Assembly: GCA_951406725.2 (NCBI GenBank)
Contig: OX597834.1
Span: forward strand, 31,248,001 to 31,312,000
DNA: 64,000 nucleotides
From: Octopus vulgaris
Lineage: Eukaryota
Direction of reading: 5' to 3'
In this document: one piece after another, positions 55,993 through 64,000 of the stretch
Layout: every line of letters starts with the position of its first letter
Numbering within the stretch: the first letter of the stretch is position 1
Notes under the pieces: model-generated
Database searches by the model: none
The model's input: the letters and a program-made list of their open reading frames with translations, nothing else
What the model was told of the DNA's origin: nothing
Program-made: the position numbers and the translations under genes

Positions 55993-58900
55993 TTGTTGTT
56001 GTATCTGATCTTTGTTCTGTTCTTTTTTGCAGGATTGTTCACTAAGCAATTCTGCCGAAGATTTAATCCTCATTTTGTACAAATTTGTTCTGGAAACTGA
56101 TTTGACTTACCACATAGCCTCACCTGTGCCTGTGATATGAAAATTTTTCTATAAAGAAACTAACGACCCGAATGGAGACAGTTATATTTTTTTATGTTTT
56201 TGTAAATAATAAAAAATAGATTTAAAAGAAAACAGAATTTCTTATGGTTTGTATCTTTGATGTTTTTTTAAAGATTGATTTGTATTTACCTGTTTTCTGA
56301 GAGTTTTTCATGGAATTTTTGTTCCAACAGAAACTGCAAGCCCATAGCTTGCCAATGTCCATCTGATAAGACACTGTGAAAGAGGAAAAAAGAAAACATC
56401 AAAATTCAGATTTGTGTGTGTGTATATAAATACATATTTGGTATTAATTATTAGTGCAAACAAAAGTGCAACTCTGTTGCACTTTCCATGTATGTATAAT
56501 TGCTTCTACACATAAACCAGTGTTTGGCAGTGGGGGGTGGAAATGGGTGCATAATTATATAAATATCTCTTAAAAATATAATGTCGATATATTTTATTAT
56601 TTCTAACATAGTGTTCAAAATCCCTGAAAAAGAAAAAAAAAGCACTCAGCATGCTATGTAAAGTGGTTGGTGCTAGGAAGGGCATCTTGCTGTAGAAACC
56701 TTACAAAGGCAGAACTGGAGCACAATGCAGTCCTTGGAACACTCAGAGAACAAGATGACACAGATGCATCAAGTCGCTGTCCTTTTAGGTGCAGGTGTCA
56801 CTTAAAAAGCACCCATGTCAGTGCTGCGTTATTGCACCTGTACTAGTGCTACATAAACACACCTGTACTGGAGGCACATGAAAAGCACCCAGCACACTCT
56901 GTAAAGTGGTTGGCATTAAGAAGGGCATCAAGCCATAGAAACCATGCCTCAACAGATAGTTGGAGTCTAGACAGCTCCTACTGACCAGCATCATGTCAAA
57001 CTGTTCAACCCATGCCAGCAGGAAAAGAGGACATTAAAATGATGTAGTATATATATACATATACATATATGCACCAGACTCCAATTGTCTGGTTTGGCAT
57101 GGTTTCTACAGCTGGATGCCTTTCCTAATGCCAACCAATTTACAGAGTGTACTGGGTGCTTTGTATGTGGCACTAGCACAGGGGCTTATCATGCTTGCAT
57201 GATTAGATGGAATTTTTTGAGGCAGATTTTCCTACAGCCAGATGCCCTTCCTGTCACCAAACCTCACCTGTATTCCAAGCAAGGTAACATTTCCCATGGC
57301 CAAACGAGTTTTTCTTGAAACCTTAAAACAAACATCACTTGTATGATGGCAATGTGCATTTTACAACCACCAGGTGATGTCAAGAAAGGGTACACACACT
57401 TTATATTGTTTCTGCCAACTAAATCTACTCACAAGGTTTTGATTGGCCTGGGGTTGTAGAAGAAGACACTTGCCCAGGGTGTCATGTAGTGGGACTGAAC
57501 CCAAGACCACATGGTTGGCAAGGAAGCTTCTTAACCACACAGCCATGCCTGCACCTTTAGCTCATTCAAAGTCAGCAGTAATTGTTTAGTGTTACATCAG
57601 GCAATCTGTAGTGAAAGGCATTCCAGTCATGACCATCCTATAAACATAGGCCACTTCTTTTGAAGAGGAGAGAGTGGAATGGGAAGGAAATTTGGTTGCA
57701 GTTTCTAATGAGTCAAGCAACAATGGAGAAGCTGTAATGAAGTGGTGGTTATAGTAGTAGTAGTAGCAATAGTAAGTAGTAGTAGTAAAAAGATGTGAGA
57801 TAGCAAGCAGCCACTGACCGTTGCGTGAAAAGGTCCAGTAATGTATCAGTCTGCTTATCGTCCAGGTTATCAAGATGTTTGGTCACCTGCTTGTGTAATG
57901 TCATCACAGATTTCTTCAGTTCACTATTCTGCAAAAAAAACAAAACACAACAACAATAATAATAAGGGTTTCAAATTTTGGCACAAGGCCAGCAACTTCG
58001 GGAGAAGGGGTAAGTAGACTATATTGACCTCAGTGCTCAGCTGGTACTTATTTTATCGACCCCAAAAGGATGAAAGGCAAAATCGACTTCAGCAGAATTT
58101 GAACTCAGAATGTGCAGACAGATGAAATGCTACTAAGCAATTTTTGCGACGTGCTAACAATTCTGCCAGCACACTGCCTTAATAATAATAATGATAATTT
58201 CAAATTTTTGCCACAAGGGCAGCTTGGGGGAGGTGGGGATGAGTCGATTACATCAACCCCAGTGTTCAACTGGTAATCTCTTTATCAACCCTGAAAGGCA
58301 AAGTCAACCTTGGTGGAATCTGAACTCAGAACATAGTGACGAGTGAAATACTGCTCAGCATTTCGTCCAGCATGCTAACGATTCCGCCAGATCACTGTCA
58401 TAATAATAATCCTTTCTACTAAAAGGCACAAGGTCTGAAAATTTGGGGGAGAGGGTTAGTTGATTACATTGATCCTAATGTGTCACTGGTACTTAATTTT
58501 ATCAACCCCAAAAGGATGAAAGACAAAGTCAGCCTTGGTGGAATTTGAACTCAGAATGTAAAGGCTGACAAAATGCTGCAAAACATTTTGCTCGGTGTGC
58601 TAATGATTCTGCCAGCTCAATGCCTTAATAATAATAATGATAAAAGTAAAAATGGATGCAAGACGATAGGTCTTTATTATCAGGAATAATAATAATGGTT
58701 TCAAATTTTTGCACAAGGCCGGTAATTTTAGGGGTGGAGGTTACTCAGTACTTGACTTATACTTCATTGATCTTGAAAGGATGAGAAGCCAAGCTGGCCT
58801 CAGAAGGAATTGAGCACAGAACATTAAGGGCTGGAAAGACTGCAGCAAAAGCATAATTTCCAAGACTCTAAAGATTCTACCAGCTACGTGCATTTGTGAA

Positions 58901-61900
58901 ATATCATTAGATGAAAGAAGGCATTGAACTACAAATGGTCGAGAATTACTGGTCTAACCCAAGCCAGGATGGAAAAATAGACATAAAAAATATAAATAAG
59001 GAGACAGTTTTTACCGTGTTGTAGTTATCGACCCAACATTCGGAAACAGCGACTGAACAGAGCAAGTTGTAAAGGACATCAAGAAGTTGGGGTGGATTAA
59101 GTAAGCTGGTCAAGGGGTCACTAGAATCCTCTGATAGATCATCTTGCAGGAAATCTAATAGAGATGTATGGAAGAGGCTAGTGAAGACTGTGGAAGTAGG
59201 GAAGTCTCCAGGTGGAACCTCGGGGTTTAGTTTATTGTGTCTTTGACAATCCCAGTAAGTGGCGCTTAGCTGTCCGGTTATCATGAGATATTCTTCAAAC
59301 TGAAAGACAAAAACAAAAATTTTTTTTAATTAAAATAAAATCGAAATCGATCAACATCAATGGAAATTGCAGCTGTGATACCATTGCCGGTGGTACGTAA
59401 GAGAACCATCCAAACGTGGCCGTAGCCAGCGCCGCCCCGACTGGCCTCGTGCCGGTGGCACGTAAAAAGCACCATCTGATCGTGGCTATTGCCAGCTTCG
59501 TCTGGCACCTGTGCCAGTGGCACGTAAAAAGCACCCACTACACTCAAGGAGTGGTTGGCGGTAGGAAGGGCATCCAGCCGTAGAAACATTGCCAGATCAA
59601 AATGGGCCTGATGCAGCCTTCTGGCTTCCCAGACCCCAGTTGAACTGTCCAACCCATGCTAGCATGGAAAGTGGACGCTAAACGATGATGATGATGAAAA
59701 TAAAATAAAAGTAAAATAAAAAGTAAAATAGTTTCATATTTCAGCACAAGGCCAGCAATTTTAGGGGGAAAGAGAAAGTCTATTACATAAACCCCAATAG
59801 TTGACTGGTACTTTATTTTATCAACCTAGAAAGGATGAAAGGCAAAGCCGACAATAACAGAATTTGAAACTTGAACATGAACAGCTGGATTAAATGCACC
59901 AGACATTTTGTCTGATGCTCTACCAGTTTTGTTAGTTTGCAATCCTAATTGTTTCTCATTTGGGAAACACCTTAGCAGAAATGGAGATCCTTACCTGTTT
60001 AGGTGGCAACACGTGTTCTGTCACACTGAACAGGTGACTGAAGTGCTCAACCAAAAATGGACTGGTTAAACCGTTGTCTACTTCTGCAAACACTGTATGT
60101 AACAGAGTCTTTACTTCTCCAAAGACAGTTTGTAATCTGCAAAGAATGAGAAAAAATAAAAAATGGGGGAGGGTCAATGTCACGAGAAGAGGAGAGAGAG
60201 AGAGGAAAGAGTTGAGGAAAGAGTTGAGAAAAAGCAGATATCATCATTTTAATGTCCACTTTGCACTGTTCTCAGGATTCACATGCAATTTGTTAGGGCA
60301 TAGATCCTGCAGCTGGATGCCCTTCCTGTTGCTTACCCTCATCTGTTTCCAAGTAAGATAATTTCCTCAAGATTAGATATGTCTTGGAGGAAATGAAGGA
60401 CATTACTTGCACGATGGCAACATCTGTTTACAACTATTGATGATGCTATTTGTTGAGGCATAGATCCTGATGATGATGATGGAATGGCAAGTTGACAGCA
60501 ATGCATACACACACACACACACACACACGATGGGCTTCTTTTAGTCTCCATCAACCAAATCTACTCACAAGGATTCAGTCACCCCAGCTATAGTAAAAAC
60601 ACTTGTCCAAGGTGCCAAGCAGCGGGACAGAACCCAGAATAATGTGGTTGAGGAAGCAAACTTCTTACCATAAATAAATATATTAATTATCATCCAATTT
60701 CTTTATTAGCCACAAGGGCCCAAAAATAGAGGGGGACAATACAGCCTGATTGGGGTCAGACACACAATGATTATATGACTTCTTAAATTTTACAAAATAT
60801 AATGAAATCGAATGAGATACAAGGACGTAATACAAACATGAGATGAAGCAGAGAGATGGCTTACGCTCCGACCCCCATTCTCCTCTCCTCATTGCCATTA
60901 TCACCATAATTGTCATCATCATCACCACAATCACCAAAATCATTATCATCATCACCATCAACATCATTGTTGTCACTACCACCACCACCATCATTATCAT
61001 CATACCTCATTTTTATGTGGTCCAATTACAAAGAGGAAGCCACAAAATTAGAAAGTTAACGAATTTACTGCCAGACACTAAACGAGGTACTCACTGTTCC
61101 GTTGTGGCCACTTTGTACATTACAGTATCTCGAACTGCCTGGAAAACGTTGAGGAAGAACCTACTGGTGCCCTTCGATGTTGCAGGCTGGCGACGGTAGA
61201 GAGTCTGCATTCCATTGATACAAACTTGACGAACTTCCTTTCGAGTGTGTTCTGTGGGATGAAGACAAATTATAACAAACATCAGCTAATGAGAGAAACG
61301 TTCAAAGCTAACAGAATTCTAATTGGTACAAGAAACTTTACATATATACATATATACACATAACAGGGATGGCTGTGTGGTTAAGACACTAAAATGATGA
61401 TTATGATGGTGTTACATATGACAAAATTAAAGGAATCAAGTCGAAACAAAGTTATAGAAATAAGTATATAGGCGCAGGAGTGGCTGTGTGGTAAGTAGCT
61501 TGCTAACCAACCACATGGTTCCGGGTTCAATCCCACTGCGTGGCATTTGGGCAAGTGTCTTCTGCTATAGCGCCGGGCCGACCAATGCGTTGTGAGTGGA
61601 TTTGGTAGACAGAAACTGAAAGAAGCCTGTCGTATATATATGTATATGTATGTGTGTGTGTGTGTTTGTCCCCCCTAGCATTGCTTGACAACCGATGCTG
61701 GTGTGTTTACGTCCCCGTCACTTAGCGGTTCGGCAAAAGAGACCGATAGAATAAGTACTGGGCTTACAAAGAATAAGTCCTGGGGTCGATTTGCTCGACT
61801 AAAGGCGGTGCTGCAGCATGGCCGCAGTCAAATGACTGAAACAAGTAAAAGAGAGTAAGAGTATAAAATTATGTAAAGATTTAACTGAAAAGCTGGAGAA

Positions 61901-62128
61901 CCTAACTCAACAGAGACATTACTTATAGCCAACTCTTTATTTGCACCAATTCCATATTCCACACACACAAGAAAAAAACATTATAGTTTAAGAATCTGAA
62001 GGAATTTACCTGAAACAGTCAAATCAGTTTCCAGAACAAATTTGTACAAAATGAGGATTAAATCTTCGGCAGAGTTGCTTAGTGAACAATCCTGCAAAAA
62101 AGAACAGAACAAAGATCAGATACAACAA

Positions 62129-62160
<32 letters not shown>

Positions 62161-63294
62161 TCACAGAATGTAGTAGGTGTGGCTGTGTGGTTAGAAGCTT
62201 GCTTCCCAACAACGTGGTTCTGGGTTCAGTCCCATTGCGTGACACCTTAGGCAAAATGTCTTCTGCTACAACCTTGGGCTGATGAAAGCCTTCTCAGTAG
62301 ATTTGATAGATGGAAACTGAAAGAAGCCCATCGTGTGTGGGTGTGTGTCATTGTGTACATATTTGTCCCCCACTACCACTTGACACCAGTGTTGGTTTGT
62401 ATATGTCCCCATAACTTAGCAGTCCAGCAAAAGAGATGGACCGAAGAAGCACTAGGCGTAAAAAAAAAGTCTCAATTTTTTTTATAGCTAGATGCCCTTA
62501 TCATCACCAATATCCTTAAGGCTAAATCTTTTGGCATTCAGATTACTCTCAAATGTAATGCTTATTTTATCAGCATTGCTTTGAATTAATCACGCATCAT
62601 CCCATAGCTTCAAGATTTCAATGATGCTATTGTTTATTTTTAGAATGACATTGTAGGGCAAGTGTGAGGGGCTGGATCTGGCCAGTTTGAACATAGAACA
62701 GGTAGAAAATTTGGGCCTGATACGGTTGGTAAAGTCTCACCTCTAATCCCTGGAAGAAACTAGCCAACACTTTGGCAACAAACTGCATCGAGAGGTCAGT
62801 CTTATGGTTGTCCTTACTCAGTTTTAACTTCTTCAATGTTGAGTGAATGACAAAAAATATCTTTTCAATATATTTCATCTGAAGAAGTGGTTCTGAAACA
62901 AAGGGAAAAAATATTTAAAAAATTTTTTGCATCACCTCATATTTTATAACAAAATTTAATTTTTTTTTTCATAAAACTTAAAACAGGAAGCTTGCATCAT
63001 AGAACCAGGCTGGGTGGTCGTGAGTGGGTTGGTGTCAAAAGGGTTCAACATACCTGATTGAGAATTTGATGACAAAGCCACAGTGAGGACAGACCAGTTG
63101 TCCTCGACAACTGAAAGTTCAACTCCAGCAGTTGGTGGGACAAGAGCCTGGGCACACACGTCTTCAGTGATGGACACAAGCAGCTCACCAAGGGTAGACG
63201 TTTCCAGCCACTTGGATATGGCCGTGACCTTCCAACGCGACGACAGCAGCTCCAGCAAGAACACTTTCAGCAAATGTCTGTCACCATCGAGATT
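38566..63294 (-). CDS. LTN1: E3 ubiquitin-protein ligase listerin (LTN1/RNF160), 5'-partial, 22 coding exons, 3336 nt in window
   Basis: Phase-consistent exon chain. C-terminus [60 protein letters not shown]...CPLCR is the listerin RING. It is preceded by RWD ([10 protein letters not shown]) and the conserved LGYLLTWKL and SEWNEFFSE motifs. Confidence 0.96.
38866..39260 (+). mobile_element. SINE family A copy (last LTN1 intron)
   Basis: Full-length ggcgcaggagtgg...gactgaaacaagtaaaag. Confidence 0.9.
39451..39618 (-). CDS. LTN1: LTN1 exon (RING)
   Basis: tgacag|[56 protein letters not shown]|gtgagt. Confidence 0.95.
41362..41556 (-). CDS. LTN1: LTN1 exon (RWD domain)
   Basis: ttttag|[34 protein letters not shown]...[12 protein letters not shown]|gtgagt. 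Confidence 0.95.
42414..42501 (-). CDS. LTN1: LTN1 exon
   Basis: ttccag|[29 protein letters not shown]|gtgagg, phase 2-0. Confidence 0.9.
42723..43100 (+). mobile_element. SINE family A copy
   Basis: Matches family A, slightly 5'-truncated. Confidence 0.88.
43253..43382 (-). CDS. LTN1: LTN1 exon
   Basis: ttgtag|[42 protein letters not shown]|gtaagt, phase 1-2. Confidence 0.92.
43491..43781 (-). mobile_element. tRNA-derived SINE family D; decayed relatives near 41880-42135, 46500-46640, 63580-63840
   Basis: Head gtggaggcacaattgcccagtggttagggcagcgaactcgcagtcgtaggatcgcggttttgattccc with A/B-box-like motifs; inserted in (TA)n. Confidence 0.75.
43873..44041 (-). CDS. LTN1: LTN1 exon with GC donor
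   Basis: tcccag|[28 protein letters not shown]...DLLCTS; donor CAG|gcaagt; phase 0-1. Confidence 0.85.
44716..44908 (-). CDS. LTN1: LTN1 exon
   Basis: atgcag|[14 protein letters not shown]...[23 protein letters not shown]|gtaagc. Confidence 0.92.
46102..46203 (-). CDS. LTN1: LTN1 exon (symmetric, phase 2-2)
   Basis: tttcag|[33 protein letters not shown]|gtaagt. Confidence 0.8.
46803..47030 (-). mobile_element. SINE family B copy
   Basis: Reverse complement of 48592-48812 and 9955-10176. Confidence 0.88.
47239..47458. mobile_element. 220-bp piggyBac-type MITE
   Basis: TTAA|cccttttgttac ... gtaacgaaaggg|TTAA. Confidence 0.8.
47640..47717 (-). CDS. LTN1: LTN1 exon (symmetric, phase 2-2)
   Basis: gctcag|[25 protein letters not shown]|gtaagt; continues VLDK into IVGEL. 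Confidence 0.78.
48592..48812 (+). mobile_element. SINE family B copy
   Basis: aaggcggcgagctggcagaaac...gtagtaaagaaatag. Confidence 0.88.
48953..49187 (-). CDS. LTN1: LTN1 exon
   Basis: ctccag|[20 protein letters not shown]...[21 protein letters not shown]|gtaagt. Confidence 0.9.
49510..49714 (-). CDS. LTN1: LTN1 exon
   Basis: tcccag|SASETKCP...[26 protein letters not shown]|gtgggt. Confidence 0.9.
51283..51424 (-). CDS. LTN1: LTN1 exon
   Basis: ttacag|[47 protein letters not shown]|gtaaga. Confidence 0.9.
51646..52442 (-). mobile_element. SINE-like family C copy carrying a ~10x 62-bp tandem array (51804-52442)
   Basis: Unit gtgctttttaygtgccaccrgcacggaggccatgtgagactggcaacggccacgatcggatg; ORF starts offset by 62 nt. 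Confidence 0.9.
53442..53586 (-). CDS. LTN1: LTN1 exon
   Basis: ttcaag|[16 protein letters not shown]...[18 protein letters not shown]|gtaagt, phase 1-2. Confidence 0.85.
53915..54480. repeat. 135-bp tandem repeat, ~3.5-4 copies
   Basis: gaagtcattgc at 53979, 54114, 54249, 54384. Confidence 0.92.
54510..54667 (-). CDS. LTN1: LTN1 exon
   Basis: tctaag|[24 protein letters not shown]...[13 protein letters not shown]|gtaagt, phase 2-1. Confidence 0.83.
55922..56107 (+). repeat. Inverted duplicate of LTN1 62017-~62200 (intron end, acceptor and 75 of 82 nt of the exon)
   Basis: 56033-56107 equals the exon sense sequence with one C>T change; upstream (TAC)n and polypyrimidine tract are also copied. 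Confidence 0.95.
56290..56373 (-). CDS. LTN1: LTN1 exon
   Basis: tcacag|[27 protein letters not shown]|gtaaat, phase 2-2. Confidence 0.8.
57819..57928 (-). CDS. LTN1: LTN1 exon
   Basis: ttgcag|[36 protein letters not shown]|gtcagt, phase 0-2. Confidence 0.85.
57955..58900 (-). mobile_element. Chain of SINE family B copies separated by (AAT)n
   Basis: Four reverse-oriented copies starting near 57965, 58195, 58410 and 58695. Confidence 0.8.
59015..59299 (-). CDS. LTN1: LTN1 exon
   Basis: tttcag|[16 protein letters not shown]...[24 protein letters not shown]|gtaaaa, phase 0-0. Confidence 0.85.
59380..59696 (+). mobile_element. SINE-like family C copy
   Basis: Family C core and (GAT)n tail. 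Confidence 0.85.
59995..60136 (-). CDS. LTN1: LTN1 exon
   Basis: ttgcag|[20 protein letters not shown]...TEHVLPPKQ|gtaagg, phase 2-0. Confidence 0.85.
61095..61251 (-). CDS. LTN1: LTN1 exon
   Basis: ccacag|[18 protein letters not shown]...VMYKVATTE|gtgagt, phase 1-2. Confidence 0.85.
61471..61860 (+). mobile_element. Full-length SINE family A (tRNA-derived head)
   Basis: A-box-like tggctgtgtgg, B-box-like ggttcaatccc, internal (TA/TG)n, tail ggcggtgctgcagcatggccgcagtcaaatgactgaaacaagtaaaagag. Confidence 0.92.
62010..62091 (-). CDS. LTN1: LTN1 exon (82 nt; source of the inverted copy at 56033-56107)
   Basis: ttgcag|[28 protein letters not shown]|gtaaat; phase 0-1, required to join the flanking exons in frame. 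Confidence 0.87.
62176..62460 (+). mobile_element. Older SINE family A copy adjacent to the duplicated exon
   Basis: Diverged family A head and body. Confidence 0.8.
62741..62892 (-). CDS. LTN1: LTN1 exon
   Basis: tttcag|[19 protein letters not shown]...[10 protein letters not shown]|gtgaga, phase 1-0. Confidence 0.85.
63054..63294 (-). CDS. LTN1: LTN1 exon (most 5' exon found in window)
   Basis: caacag|[22 protein letters not shown]...[16 protein letters not shown]|gtatgt. Confidence 0.85.
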
Positions 63295-64000
63295 CTGTTG
63301 AAGGAAATGATAAAATGTCAGACTCAACACCAAAATAGTTTTGAGGGTACATACCCCAGATTATTCTTGAGGACTCAAAAATGTCTCATGGCTTGAGCAC
63401 AAGACCAATAGGGAGATTTATACCCTTATTCCACCAATTTCTAATGTTGACAGGCTTTGCTAGTCACTGCCATTGTGCTGGATGTTATATTTTGGAGACT
63501 CAGCATCGAAATAGTGGACAAAGACAATTCAATTATATTGCGGGTATAACTAGCACCCCATTGGTTATGATGATGAGGGTTCCAGTTGGTCCGATCAATG
63601 AAACAACCTGCTAGTGAAATTAACATACAAGTGGCTGAGCACTCCACAGACACATGAACCCTTAACATGGTTCTCAGATAAATTCAGCTGTGATACAGAA
63701 GGTGACAAGGCTGGCCCCTGGTGAATTACAGGTACAACTCGTTTTTTGTCAAATGAGGACAAGATGTGCCTTTGGCAATCAAATTCCTGACCTTACAATT
63801 GTCAGCCAAATATCCCGAACCATTAGGCCATGCACCTTCACACATTAAGGTTACACAGAGATACAGACACACACACACACGCAATAAGAAATTGGGGACT
63901 GACTTAAAACTAATGCAGAATTGGGACCCCTGGTAGTGTGAGGACACACTACTTGACTGCAAAAGCTTGAAGAAGCAGCTTACATCATTAGAATAATTTA

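Noticed and set aside
55855-56100. + strand 81-aa ORF / independent antisense gene
   Set aside because: It is SINE sequence plus the inverted exon copy read out of frame; the copy lacks the donor site.

Overview
AT-rich, repeat-dense animal genomic DNA. The SINE families and microsatellite load suggest an octopus (coleoid cephalopod); this is an inference from recalled repeats, not a search result. Two convergent spliced genes can be rebuilt by hand with consistent splice phases. (1) The 3' five coding exons of an NR5A/FTZ-F1 nuclear receptor (+ strand, 138-12763). (2) The 3' 22 coding exons of the RQC E3 ligase listerin LTN1 (- strand, 63294-38566; 1111 aa in window, with RWD and RING domains and one GC-AG intron). 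Between them lie the putative NR5A 3' region, MITEs, a decayed mariner transposase and a ~9 kb purine/pyrimidine-alternating compound microsatellite. That satellite is split by a LINE 3' end and abuts the LTN1 poly(A) signals. The strongest oddity is a near-perfect inverted copy of an LTN1 exon plus its acceptor, ~6 kb downstream in the same pre-mRNA (candidate dsRNA, ADAR-editing or splicing element). Also noted: a LINE/SINE shared 3' stem-loop, a Naiad/Penelope-like relic, several hammerhead-like motifs, a Merlin-type MITE with an empty-site paralog, and a 153-bp foldback. The very long ORFs in the track are repeat artefacts. No prokaryotic systems or CRISPR arrays are present.
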